The notes: a model not told the origin generated them from the sequence alone. A stretch of 64,000 nt of DNA from Bacteroidota bacterium (GCA_027621505.1 JAQCBK010000001.1:15114-79113); one strand, 5' to 3'; positions 11,236 to 20,877 are shown, counted from the first letter of the stretch. Numbers and translations: made by a program.

Positions 11236-12360
11236 ATGAGATTTTCTAGTTCTAGAACAGGACTTTTATTTCAATCTTCCCGTCCTCTGGATTTGTCTCC
11301 ATTTGAAAAACTCCTCGAGATTTTTAAGGAATTGATTACGCACACTTCTGGGGATTTTGATGAAGCCATAGATTGGTTGCGTGAATTGGATAAAGAGTAC
11401 CAATTGACGGACGAAAATTATACCATTGATGATTTCATTGAAGATCTTTTGGACAAAGGATTTATCAAAGCAGAGATTAAACCCGACGGGAGTGAACCGT
11501 CCATGGCAATTACTGCCAAAACGGAAAAATTACTCCGTGAATACGCACTCAAGCAGATTTTTGGAAATTTAAGAAAGTCCGGTTCAGGGAATCACAATAC
11601 CAAAAACATTGGAACAGGAAATGAAGTTGCAGGGGAGTTAAGTCAATTTCAATTTGGAGATCCCATAGAAAATATCGTATTGACAGAAAGCATCAAAAAT
11701 GCACAAATTCATTTTGGCATCGATGAGTTTCAAATCAGCCAAGACGATTTGGTGATTGAAAAGAATCACCATAAATCTCAAATGAGCACGGTGTTGATGA
11801 TCGACATTAGCCACAGTATGATTCTCTATGGGGAAGATAGAATTACTCCTGCCAAGAAAGTGGCCATGGCTTTGGCTGAGTTCATCACCACCCGTTATCC
11901 AAAAGACACCTTGGATGTTTTGGTTTTTGGAAACGACGCTCGCCCCATAAGCATCAAGGAATTGCCGTATTTACAGGTAGGGCCCTATCACACCAACACC
12001 GTTGCTGGTTTAGAACTTGCCATGGATGTTTTGAGAAGAAAAAGAAATACCAACAAGCAAATCTTCATGATTACCGATGGGAAGCCCAGTTGCCTCAAGC
12101 TCCCCGATGGAAGCTACTACAAAAACAGCGCCGGGCTGGACCAATCCATCGTCGAAAAATGTTACCTCATGGCACGACAGGCCAAAAAAATAAAAATCCC
12201 CATCACCACCTTTATGATTGCCTCTGATCCTTACCTCCAACAATTTGTTCAAGAATTTACCAAGGCCAACAATGGAAAGGCATTTTATACCGGACTGAAC
12301 AACCTTGGTGAAATGATCTTTGAAGATTACGAAAAAAACAGAAAAAAACGCTTTGGATAA
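11236..12360 (+). CDS. von Willebrand factor type A (VWA) domain protein, function unknown
   Basis: 374 aa with MIDAS motif in VLMIDISHSM (DxSxS), downstream TDG, and an N-terminal helical region. Confidence 0.8.
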   Translation: MRFSSSRTGLLFQSSRPLDLSPFEKLLEIFKELITHTSGDFDEAIDWLRELDKEYQLTDENYTIDDFIEDLLDKGFIKAEIKPDGSEPSMAITAKTEKLLREYALKQIFGNLRKSGSGNHNTKNIGTGNEVAGELSQFQFGDPIENIVLTESIKNAQIHFGIDEFQISQDDLVIEKNHHKSQMSTVLMIDISHSMILYGEDRITPAKKVAMALAEFITTRYPKDTLDVLVFGNDARPISIKELPYLQVGPYHTNTVAGLELAMDVLRRKRNTNKQIFMITDGKPSCLKLPDGSYYKNSAGLDQSIVEKCYLMARQAKKIKIPITTFMIASDPYLQQFVQEFTKANNGKAFYTGLNNLGEMIFEDYEKNRKKRFG

Positions 12361-12363
12361 TTC

Positions 12364-13827
12364 ATGGAAAAACCAAAAATAACCACCCTCAGAGAACTTA
12401 AAAAAACCAATTATCAACCCTCAAGTATACAAGAGGAACTCGCCAAAAACCTCAGAGAAAAAATCAGAGAAGGGAAAACCACTTTTGAAGGCTTAATCGG
12501 ATATGAAAACACGGTCATTCCAGAGGTAGAACGTGCCATACTCTCAGGTCATAACATCAATTTTTTAGGCTTGAGAGGGCAAGCCAAAACCCGAATGGCT
12601 CGGCAAATGGTCGGATTACTGGACCCCTGGATTCCAGTCGTCGCAGGATCAGAAATCAATGATGACCCCCTTAAACCCATCTCCCAAATGGCCAAACAAA
12701 TCATTACAGAAAAAGCAGACGACACTCCCATTGATTGGTTGCACCGCAACGAACGCTTTTTTGAAAAACTGGCCACCCCAGATGTTACCGTCGCCGACTT
12801 GATCGGGGATATTGACCCCATTAAAGCCGCTACGCTTAAATTGAGTTATTCCGATGAAAAAGTCATTCACTTCGGCATGATCCCAAGGGCCCATCGCTGT
12901 ATCTTTGTCATTAATGAGCTTCCAGACCTCCAAGCCAGAATTCAAGTCGCCCTTTTTTCCATCCTACAAGAAAAAGAAATACAAATCAGAGGATTCAAAT
13001 TGCGGTTACCCCTTGAGATTCAATTTGTATTTACCGCCAATCCAGAGGATTATACCAACAGGGGAAGTATTGTCACGCCACTTAAAGACAGAATAGGTTC
13101 TCAAATTCTAACCCACTACCCTCACAACCTCGAAATCGCCAAAAAGATTACGCAACAAGAGGTCGCGATCAGTCCAGAAAACGAATCTCAGATCTATGTT
13201 CCCGAATTGGCCAAAGACCTCTTGGAACAAATCGGATTTGAAGCACGAAAAAGTGAATATGTCGACCCCAAAAGTGGGGTGAGTACCAGGATGAGCATCA
13301 CAGCATATGAGAATTTAATCAGTACCGTCGAGCGACGACTATTGATTACCCAAGATTCAAAGACAACGGTTCGAATGAGTGATTTTCTCGGGATTATCCC
13401 CGCCATCAATGGAAAAATTGAATTGGTCTATGAGGGAGAACAGGAGGGAGCTACTGAGGTAGCGCACCATTTGATCTCTAGTGCGATAAAAACCCTTTTT
13501 ACAAGCTACTTCCCTAAAATTGAAAAGCTGGAAAAACCCAACGAACAGGGTCCGTATGATGAGCTTTTGGGCTGGTTTTTTAAAGAGAACGAACTCTTTA
13601 TTGAAGACAATTCCAACGATAAAATTCACCAAAAGTCATTGGATGAAATTCCTCCCTTAAAAAAGATCATGAAGAAATTCCAATCTGATTTGGATACAAA
13701 AGATCATTACTTTGTGATGGAGTTTTTATTGTGGGGATTGGAAGCACATCAAAAATTAAACAAACTTCGAACCTTTGAAGGAATACAATTTAAGGATTCC
13801 CTGGGCAGTTTTATCAATCGACTTTAG
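12364..13827 (+). CDS. ChlI/BchI-like (Mg-chelatase family) AAA+ ATPase, function unknown
   Basis: 487 aa with Walker A-like GLRGQAKT and Walker B-like CIFVINELPD. AAA+ lid-like region follows. It starts 3 nt after the VWA gene. Confidence 0.75.
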   Translation: MEKPKITTLRELKKTNYQPSSIQEELAKNLREKIREGKTTFEGLIGYENTVIPEVERAILSGHNINFLGLRGQAKTRMARQMVGLLDPWIPVVAGSEINDDPLKPISQMAKQIITEKADDTPIDWLHRNERFFEKLATPDVTVADLIGDIDPIKAATLKLSYSDEKVIHFGMIPRAHRCIFVINELPDLQARIQVALFSILQEKEIQIRGFKLRLPLEIQFVFTANPEDYTNRGSIVTPLKDRIGSQILTHYPHNLEIAKKITQQEVAISPENESQIYVPELAKDLLEQIGFEARKSEYVDPKSGVSTRMSITAYENLISTVERRLLITQDSKTTVRMSDFLGIIPAINGKIELVYEGEQEGATEVAHHLISSAIKTLFTSYFPKIEKLEKPNEQGPYDELLGWFFKENELFIEDNSNDKIHQKSLDEIPPLKKIMKKFQSDLDTKDHYFVMEFLLWGLEAHQKLNKLRTFEGIQFKDSLGSFINRL

Positions 13828-14240
13828 ACTTGATGACGCATCATGTCGATTGATGTTTTGGTGAGGATCTTTAATGTATTGTCCCGAACCTCCTCAAACA
13901 CGCTTTTGATCTGACAATTTTCCTCATCGCATTCTTCGCAAGAGGCATAATAATTCAGAGAAACGCATGGAAGCATGGCGATAGGTCCATCCACCTGACG
14001 AATCAAATCGGACAAATAAATGTCTTTAGGATCTTTGAGAAGTCGATATCCTCCAGTTTTACCCCTTTGACTTTGAAGCAGTTTAAAATTTCGAAGCTCT
14101 CTTAAAATGGTCTCCAAAAATTTTTTGGGAATATGCTCCTTTTCGGCAATCTCAGAGGAGAAAATTGAACGTCTTTCCGACTGGTGATCTGCCAGATAAA
14201 GCAAGGCTTTTATTGCGTATTTACACTTTTTAGATATCAT
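13824..14240 (-). CDS. Rrf2 family transcriptional regulator with C-terminal 4-Cys cluster
   Basis: MISKKCKYAIKALLYLA... wHTH typical of Rrf2. Cys pattern is C-x8-C-x2-C-x4-C (PCVSLNYYASCEECDEENC). Confidence 0.85.
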   Translation of the reverse strand: MISKKCKYAIKALLYLADHQSERRSIFSSEIAEKEHIPKKFLETILRELRNFKLLQSQRGKTGGYRLLKDPKDIYLSDLIRQVDGPIAMLPCVSLNYYASCEECDEENCQIKSVFEEVRDNTLKILTKTSIDMMRHQV

Positions 14241-14272
14241 AAATCCACCCCGAAGATAAGGAATAAATCGTT

Positions 14273-14286
14273 AATAAACGTTTATT
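14273..14286. promoter_or_regulatory. Perfect 14-bp palindrome AATAAACGTTTATT, a candidate operator in the Rrf2/cys divergent region
   Basis: Self-complementary 14-mer, preceded by the half-site-like AATAAATCGTT. Located between divergent Rrf2 and the cys operon. Confidence 0.4.
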
Positions 14287-14333
14287 TCCTATAAACTTAA
14301 TAGGATTTATTTGTTTAATAGGTTTTAACTTAA

Positions 14334-14341
14334 TAAGTTTG
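14334..14341 (+). promoter_or_regulatory. Candidate -7 promoter element (TAAGTTTG) for the cys operon
   Basis: Matches TAnnTTTG, 19 nt upstream of the ATG at 14361. Confidence 0.35.
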
Positions 14342-14360
14342 TACAGTAAAAATTTAACCT

Positions 14361-14627
14361 ATGTTTTTAGACCTACATTTTATTAGTAAAAACAGTAATA
14401 AAAGAAATAATACCTCAAAGGAATCGATCTCAAGAAGTGCTTTAAAAGCGATCAGCTGGCGGTTGGTAGGAACCCTGGATACCATCGTCATTGCCTATTT
14501 TATCACGGGAACCATTACTCAAGCCTTATCCATTGGATTTATAGAATGGGGAACCAAAATTGTACTCTATTTCTTTCACGAACGCCTATGGAACAGACTC
14601 CAATGGGGAAAAAATCAAGTCAAATGA
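14361..14627 (+). CDS. DUF2061-like small membrane protein
   Basis: 88 aa with ALKAISWRLVGTLDTIVIAYFITG...KIVLYFFHERLWN (two TM helices). Its stop overlaps the cysH ATG (ATGA). Confidence 0.6.
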   Translation: MFLDLHFISKNSNKRNNTSKESISRSALKAISWRLVGTLDTIVIAYFITGTITQALSIGFIEWGTKIVLYFFHERLWNRLQWGKNQVK

Positions 14628-15334
14628 AAAATCTCAGCATCGAAAAACTCAACGAAATCTTTAAAAACTACACCCTCAAGGAAAGCTTTGACCACTTGAT
14701 GGAATTGGGTTTTAAAAACATGTCTTTCTCTACATCATTTGGACAGGAAGATCAGGTCATCACTGATGTGATCTTTAATAATGATTACCCCATCAGTGTT
14801 TTTACACTAGATACAGGACGACTTTTTGAGGCCACCCATCGGGTGTTTGACGATACCCAAAATAAATACAGGAAAACGATCAATGCCTATTTTCCAGACC
14901 GTGAGGCTGTTGAAAAGCTTTTGACCGAAAAAGGGGCTTACAGTTTCTACGAGAGTGTAGATAACCGAAAAGAATGTTGTCAAATCAGAAAAGTAAACCC
15001 ACTACAAAGGGCCCTCAAAGGGGTTGATTTGTGGATCACGGGATTAAGAGCCAACCAAAGCACTGCTCGAAATCAAATCCAAATGTTTGGTTATGACAAT
15101 GCTTTTGGCCTGCCCAAATTCAACCCATTGGCGCATTGGGACTTATCCACAGTAGAAAAATACTTGGAACAAAATCAAGTACCACAAAACCACTTGCACA
15201 AAGAAGGGTTTGTCAGTATAGGATGCGCTCCATGTACCCGCGCAGTAAAAGAAGGAGAAGACATCCGATCTGGCAGATGGTGGTGGGAGGATAGTAAAAA
15301 AGAATGTGGCTTGCACCTCAACACAAAATCATGA
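14624..15334 (+). CDS. cysH: Adenylyl-sulfate (APS)/PAPS reductase, thioredoxin-dependent, Fe-S type
   Basis: CC pair (ECCQIRKVNPL) plus CxxC (GCAPCTR) and C-terminal ECGLH. ATG at 14624 is preferred over the longer ORF-track start at 14546. Confidence 0.85.
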   Translation: MKNLSIEKLNEIFKNYTLKESFDHLMELGFKNMSFSTSFGQEDQVITDVIFNNDYPISVFTLDTGRLFEATHRVFDDTQNKYRKTINAYFPDREAVEKLLTEKGAYSFYESVDNRKECCQIRKVNPLQRALKGVDLWITGLRANQSTARNQIQMFGYDNAFGLPKFNPLAHWDLSTVEKYLEQNQVPQNHLHKEGFVSIGCAPCTRAVKEGEDIRSGRWWWEDSKKECGLHLNTKS

Positions 15335-16227
15335 ACCAAATGAATACCTTATCCTATTTGGAGGAAGAAGCCATCTACATCATTAGAGAGGTAGCTGGAC
15401 AATTTGATCGACCTGTTATACTCTTTTCTGGCGGCAAAGATTCTATCGTCCTGTTGCACCTGTCTAAAAAAGCGTTCCTACCTGGAAAAATCCCTTTTCC
15501 ATTATTGCACATTGACACGGGGCACAACTTCTCAGAAACCATAGTTCTGAGGGATGAACTGGTCAAACGATATGAAGTACAGCTCCACATAGGGAGTGTA
15601 CAAGACAGCATCGACCAAGGGAGAGTGATGGAAGAAAAGGGGAAATATGCGAGTAGGAACAGCTTGCAAACCACCACACTGCTCGAAACCATCGAACAAC
15701 TAAAATTCGACGCCTGTATGGGTGGAGCCAGAAGGGATGAAGAAAAAGCCAGAGCCAAAGAGCGTATTTTTTCCGTTAGGGATGATTTTGGTCAATGGAA
15801 TGAAAAATTACAACGTCCGGAATTGTTTGACATTCTCAACGGACAGATCCACGCTGGAGAAAACGTTAGGGTTTTTCCGATCAGCAATTGGACGGAACTG
15901 GATGTATGGGAATATATCCGTCAGGAAAAGCTTGAAATTCCGTCCATCTATTTTGCCCATCAGCGAAAGGTATTTCTTAGAGATGGCCAACTGATGCCTT
16001 GTTCTGACTTTATCCATCACGATCCCGAAGCCACCTTTACGGAAAGTGTAAGATTCAGAACCGTAGGTGACATGAGCTGTACCGCAGCCGTACCCTCCAA
16101 GGCCATCGATCTCGATACGGTCATTGACGAAATCAGGGGCTCATCCATCTCTGAACGCGGCGCTAGAATGGATGACAAACGCTCCGAAGGGGCCATGGAA
16201 GAACGAAAAAAAGTAGGCTACTTCTAA
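15331..16227 (+). CDS. cysD: Sulfate adenylyltransferase subunit 2
   Basis: PP-loop FSGGKDS with strong CysD-like sequence. ATGA overlap with cysH. Confidence 0.92.
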   Translation: MNQMNTLSYLEEEAIYIIREVAGQFDRPVILFSGGKDSIVLLHLSKKAFLPGKIPFPLLHIDTGHNFSETIVLRDELVKRYEVQLHIGSVQDSIDQGRVMEEKGKYASRNSLQTTTLLETIEQLKFDACMGGARRDEEKARAKERIFSVRDDFGQWNEKLQRPELFDILNGQIHAGENVRVFPISNWTELDVWEYIRQEKLEIPSIYFAHQRKVFLRDGQLMPCSDFIHHDPEATFTESVRFRTVGDMSCTAAVPSKAIDLDTVIDEIRGSSISERGARMDDKRSEGAMEERKKVGYF

Positions 16228-16239
16228 ACCATCAACCCC

Positions 16240-17478
16240 ATGGAAATTTTAAGAATCACAACAGCTGGTAGTGTGGACGACGGCAAAAGCACCCTTATAG
16301 GACGACTGCTTTATGAAACCCAATCCCTCAAAATCGACCAAGTAGAACACATAGAAAGTAAAAGCAAATCTTTAGGATACGACTATGTTGACTTCTCTTT
16401 GGCCACCGACGGTCTGCTCACTGAACGTGAACAAGGAATCACCATTGATGTTTCCCACCTTTATTTCAGCACCCCTAAAAGAAGATTTATTATTGCCGAT
16501 GCTCCTGGTCATGTGGAGTACACCAGAAATATGGTAACCGGAGCCTCCAATGTCAACTTGGCCATCATATTGCTGGATGCCAGAAAAGGGGTGATGGAGC
16601 AAACCAAAAGACACCTATACATCACCCAATTGCTCGGTATTAAACACCTGATCTTTACCATCAACAAAATGGATTTGATCGATTATGACGAAAAGCAATT
16701 CCATTCCATCGAGCAACAAATAAAGTCCCTGGTGAATCAATACGATTGGGAACCCCGATTGGATTTTATTCCTGTTTCCGCATTGAAAGGGGATAATGTT
16801 GTTCAAAAAAACAACAATATGCCCTGGTACAAAGGTACCGATCTTTTGAGCTTGATTGAGACTTTGACCTTTGATGAAGACATCAATTTGGATGGGTTTT
16901 TACAGGTTCAGCAAGTGATTCGACCCAAAACCGAGGCATTTCACGACTACCGGGGGTTTGCCGGAAAAGTAAAAAGTGGACTGTTTCAACCTGGTGATGA
17001 AATTGAGGTTTTTCCTTCAGGTCAAAAAAGTACCATCAAACGCGTTGAAAAATACGGCAGTCCAAAAAACAAAGTTGTGATGGGTGAAAATGCTACCCTA
17101 CTGCTGGAAGATGAAATCGATGCTTCTAGAGGAAATACTTTTGTAAAAACCAACCACCACTTTAAAACTGAAAAGCATATTCAAGCCAAAGTCTGTTGGA
17201 TGCAATCTGAAAAACTGAACCCCAATAGTAAATATTGGCTGCAACATGGAATCTACAAGAGCTTGGTAAAAGTCGAAGAGGTAAAATCCAAAATGGACTG
17301 GGAGGCTTGGAAATCTGTCCCTACCGACCAGCTTTTGATGAATGATATTGGGGTAGTAGAACTCCAATTGGCGCAGGCTTTGATTTTTGCTCCCTACACA
17401 AAAAACAAAAATCTTGGGGCTTTTATTTTAATCGATCCTCAAACCAATAACACAGCCGGAGTCGGCTTTATACAATAA
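16240..17478 (+). CDS. cysN: Sulfate adenylyltransferase subunit 1 (GTPase), without an APS-kinase domain
   Basis: GSVDDGKSTLIGRLL and DAPGH motifs. At 412 aa there is no fused CysC domain. Confidence 0.9.
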   Translation: MEILRITTAGSVDDGKSTLIGRLLYETQSLKIDQVEHIESKSKSLGYDYVDFSLATDGLLTEREQGITIDVSHLYFSTPKRRFIIADAPGHVEYTRNMVTGASNVNLAIILLDARKGVMEQTKRHLYITQLLGIKHLIFTINKMDLIDYDEKQFHSIEQQIKSLVNQYDWEPRLDFIPVSALKGDNVVQKNNNMPWYKGTDLLSLIETLTFDEDINLDGFLQVQQVIRPKTEAFHDYRGFAGKVKSGLFQPGDEIEVFPSGQKSTIKRVEKYGSPKNKVVMGENATLLLEDEIDASRGNTFVKTNHHFKTEKHIQAKVCWMQSEKLNPNSKYWLQHGIYKSLVKVEEVKSKMDWEAWKSVPTDQLLMNDIGVVELQLAQALIFAPYTKNKNLGAFILIDPQTNNTAGVGFIQ

Positions 17479-17481
17479 ATC

Positions 17482-19560
17482 ATGCGGAGTTTTAGAACTG
17501 AATTAGAAAACCCCATAGTGGAAAAAGACATACTCGATTTAGAGCAAAAAATTCATGCTTTTAAAAATCAAAAAATAGACGAGGAAAAATTCCGGAGCCT
17601 GCGTTTGGCAAGAGGGGTTTATGGCCAACGTCAACCAGGGGTACAAATGATTCGCATCAAGCTGCCTTTGGGAAAATTTACCGCCCAACAGCTGATTCGC
17701 ATGGCGGCAGTTTCCGATGAGTTTGCCTCCGGGAATCTACACATCACCACCCGTCAAGACATACAATTGCACTACGTTCCATTGGATCGCACCCCAGAGC
17801 TTTGGGCCGAATTGGAACAAGATAAAATTACCTTAAGGGAAGCCTGTGGCAATACCGTTAGAAACGTCACCGCCTCCATTTATTCAGGGATTGATCCCAA
17901 AGAGGCCTTCGACCTCACCCCCTATGCCCAAGCCTTTTTTGAATACTTCCTCAGGAACCCCATTTGTCAGGAAATGGGTCGGAAATTTAAAGTCGCTTTT
18001 TCAAGCGCTGCCGATGACCAAGCCATGACTTTCATCCACGACTTAGGATTTATCCCCAAGATCCAGAATGGAAAAAGGGGTTTTCGTGTCCTCTTGGGTG
18101 GAGGTATTGGTTCGCAACCGATGGCTGCCAATGAGGTCTACAACTTTTTGGAAGCCCATCGCATCATTCCTTTTAGCGAAGCGGTGATCAGGGTTTTTGA
18201 TCGATATGGTGAGCGCAACCGCCGCAACAAAGCACGACTGAAGTTTTTGATTAAAGAAATCGGTTTGGAGACTTTTCTCGAAAAAGTAAAGAAGGAAGAA
18301 AAAGCACTCGAACGCACGAGCTATCCTATTGAAGTCACCGAAAGAGTACTCAAATCTCCCTTGTATTCGGAAAACAAAACCCCAAAAATCGATGATCCGA
18401 ACTATGAAAACTGGAAAAAAACCAACCTCTACCCCCAAAAACAAGCTGGATATTTTGCCGTAGGGGTTCCTGTCGAAGTTGGAAATTTTTCCTCCCAAAA
18501 AGCTCGACAACTGGCAGAGATCATCCTTCAGTTTACTCGAGATGACAATCGTTTTTCTTATGGACAAAGTGTATTGCTGAGGGACGTGAAAGAGGAACAT
18601 CTTCCTTCCCTTTATTTGGCGCTAAAAGCCATAGGGCTGGATCGGATTGGTTTTCAGCGCATCAACGACATCGTGGCCTGTCCCGGAACCGATACTTGTA
18701 ATCTAGGCATCGCCAGTAGCATGGGCTTGGCCAAAGTGTTGCAAGAAATCATAGAAAAAGACTACCCTGCGCTGATCCAAAATCACAACATCGACATTAA
18801 AATCAGTGGGTGTATGAATGCCTGTGGCCAGCATACCCTTGCCAACATTGGTTTTCAAGGCATGACTGTTAAATCCAACGGTAAAATTGCACCAGCTACA
18901 CAGATCCTTCTCGGTGGAGGGATATTGGGCAATGGAACGGGAAGGTTTGCCGATAAAGTGCTCAAGGTGCCCTCCAAAAGAACCCCTTCCGTATTGCGTT
19001 GGATTTTAGAGGATTATCAAGATCACCGACAGAAAGAGGAGGACTTTAATGCCTATTACGACCGAAAAACGAAGGATTATTTTTACCAAAATCTCAAACA
19101 TTATAGCAATGTGGATGACCTAACCCCGGATGATTTTATCGACTGGGGGGTCAAAGAAAAATACGAAAAAGCCATTGGTATTGGAGAGTGTGCAGGGGTT
19201 ACCATTGATTTGGTTCAGACCCTGTTGTTTGACGCCAAAGAAGCCTTAGAATGGGCGATAGAAGCCCATCAAGAACAACGCTTTTCGGATGCGATTTATC
19301 ATGCCTACAATGCCAGGGTAAGAGGAGCCAAAGCACTTTTGACCAAAAGCAACGCCAAAATCAACAGTCATGTCTCCATCATCGACGCATTTGATTTGGA
19401 GCATCCTGATTACGCTCAAGAAAACGGGATGACTTTTAAAGATGCAATCCTTGAAATGAAAGAGGAAAAACCCACAGCGTCTTTTGCCAAAACCTATGTA
19501 GAACAGACCCATCCCTTGTTGTTGTGGATTGAAAATCATTGCCATGTCGAGGTTGAGTAA
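17482..19560 (+). CDS. Assimilatory sulfite reductase hemoprotein (ferredoxin-type NirA/Sir family) with an extra C-terminal helical domain
   Basis: Sirohaem/4Fe-4S motifs ACPGTDTCNLG and SGCMNACGQH. About 130 aa lie beyond the usual end of the catalytic fold. Confidence 0.85.
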   Translation: MRSFRTELENPIVEKDILDLEQKIHAFKNQKIDEEKFRSLRLARGVYGQRQPGVQMIRIKLPLGKFTAQQLIRMAAVSDEFASGNLHITTRQDIQLHYVPLDRTPELWAELEQDKITLREACGNTVRNVTASIYSGIDPKEAFDLTPYAQAFFEYFLRNPICQEMGRKFKVAFSSAADDQAMTFIHDLGFIPKIQNGKRGFRVLLGGGIGSQPMAANEVYNFLEAHRIIPFSEAVIRVFDRYGERNRRNKARLKFLIKEIGLETFLEKVKKEEKALERTSYPIEVTERVLKSPLYSENKTPKIDDPNYENWKKTNLYPQKQAGYFAVGVPVEVGNFSSQKARQLAEIILQFTRDDNRFSYGQSVLLRDVKEEHLPSLYLALKAIGLDRIGFQRINDIVACPGTDTCNLGIASSMGLAKVLQEIIEKDYPALIQNHNIDIKISGCMNACGQHTLANIGFQGMTVKSNGKIAPATQILLGGGILGNGTGRFADKVLKVPSKRTPSVLRWILEDYQDHRQKEEDFNAYYDRKTKDYFYQNLKHYSNVDDLTPDDFIDWGVKEKYEKAIGIGECAGVTIDLVQTLLFDAKEALEWAIEAHQEQRFSDAIYHAYNARVRGAKALLTKSNAKINSHVSIIDAFDLEHPDYAQENGMTFKDAILEMKEEKPTASFAKTYVEQTHPLLLWIENHCHVEVE

Positions 19561-20311
19561 AGGAAGTTTAACACTGGTCGGTGCGGGTCCGGGCGACCCC
19601 GACTTGCTGACCCTTAAGGGGCTAAAGGCAATTCAGAAGGCCGATGTCATCCTATACGATGCCTTGATCAACCCCTCGCTTTTGGAATACAACCCCAATG
19701 CCCGAAAGGTTTTTGTCGGAAAAAGAAGAGGCTTTGTTAAAAAAACCCAATCAGAAATCAATGAACTCATTGTCCACTATGCCTCAAAAGGCTTGGATGT
19801 TATTCGTTTGAAAGGGGGGGATCCATTGGTTTTTGGCAGGGCCTGTGAAGAGTTGGAAGTCGCAAAAGACTGTGGTATTCCGACATCCATAGTAGCGGGA
19901 ATCGCTTCCTACTCCGGTATAGCAGCACAGCACCTCATTCCCTTGACCAAAAGGGCCGAACATGAAAGTTTTTGGGTGGTTACGGGTCACACCCGTTCTG
20001 GAAAGCTGTCCTCAGATATTGCATTGGCCGCGCAATCTACCGCCACAGTAGTGGTTTTGATGGGCATGCGTTTTCTCCCAGATATCGTCGCGCTATTCAA
20101 GCAGCACAAAAGAGGAAATCATCCGGTTGCGGTCATTCAAAACGGAACCACCTCCGCAGAAAGATCGTTAGTAGCAGACCTAGATACCATTGTCAATCAG
20201 GTGAAACTCCATAAAATTGACAATCCGGCGGTACTGATTTTTGGTCAGGCTGCTGAAGACCCGATCACCCATTATAAAAACTTAGTAGAAAAAGAAGTCT
20301 TGGCAGTATGA
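19544..20311 (+). CDS. cobA: Uroporphyrinogen-III C-methyltransferase (SUMT)
   Basis: LTLVGAGPGDPDLLTLKG and RLKGGDP motifs. ATG at 19544 is preferred over TTG at 19529. Confidence 0.9.
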   Translation: MSRLSKGSLTLVGAGPGDPDLLTLKGLKAIQKADVILYDALINPSLLEYNPNARKVFVGKRRGFVKKTQSEINELIVHYASKGLDVIRLKGGDPLVFGRACEELEVAKDCGIPTSIVAGIASYSGIAAQHLIPLTKRAEHESFWVVTGHTRSGKLSSDIALAAQSTATVVVLMGMRFLPDIVALFKQHKRGNHPVAVIQNGTTSAERSLVADLDTIVNQVKLHKIDNPAVLIFGQAAEDPITHYKNLVEKEVLAV

Positions 20312-20874
20312 ATACCCTCTACCCTATCTTTATCAAAGCGCATCAACTGCAGTTCCTCATCGTAGGTGGTGGTTATGTGGCCTTGGAAAAATTAGAATTT
20401 TTGTACAAATCCAGTCCCGAGGCACAGGTAACGCTTCTCGCACCTTTTGTTCGGCCAGAAACCTTGGCATTCGTAAAGGATAAGCCCGTCCAAATCATTT
20501 TAAAAAAATACCATAGGCGTTACCTTAAAAGTAAAAACATTGTTATCGCCACCACCGACAGTCCGGAGGTGAACCTTAAGGTGAATCGAGACTGTAAGAC
20601 CCGTTATATACTGGTCAACGTGGCCGATACGCCCGATCAATGCGATTTTTATATGGGAGGCATTGTCACCAAAGGCAACTTAAAAATAGGCATTTCCACC
20701 AACGGCAAATCCCCAACCCTTGCTAAGCGAATGCGCCAATGGCTCGAGGAAATCCTGCCAGAAGAGATCGATCCCCTTTTGGAAACCCTTAGGAAATATA
20801 GAAAGACATTAAAAAACGACTTTGAATACAAGGTCAAAGCAATGAACAAAGTAACCGAATCACTTATTAAATAG
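20308..20874 (+). CDS. Precorrin-2 dehydrogenase / sirohydrochlorin ferrochelatase (Met8/CysG N-terminal-like)
   Basis: 188 aa with Rossmann motif LIVGGGYVALEK. ATGA overlap with cobA. Confidence 0.8.
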   Translation: MNTLYPIFIKAHQLQFLIVGGGYVALEKLEFLYKSSPEAQVTLLAPFVRPETLAFVKDKPVQIILKKYHRRYLKSKNIVIATTDSPEVNLKVNRDCKTRYILVNVADTPDQCDFYMGGIVTKGNLKIGISTNGKSPTLAKRMRQWLEEILPEEIDPLLETLRKYRKTLKNDFEYKVKAMNKVTESLIK

Positions 20875-20877
20875 AAA

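Noticed and set aside
14546-14623. 5' extensions of ORF-track models (cysH 14546, cysD 15304, cobA 19529, MATE 41770, enoyl-CoA hydratase 45214, nrdB 52182, lipoprotein 63051, Ig-like 23795, hemB 34994, SPOR 6125)
   Set aside because: The extensions overlap the upstream gene or begin at non-ATG codons. Internal ATGs give N-termini that match family expectations (signal peptides, lipoboxes, ATGA coupling), so I used the shorter models.
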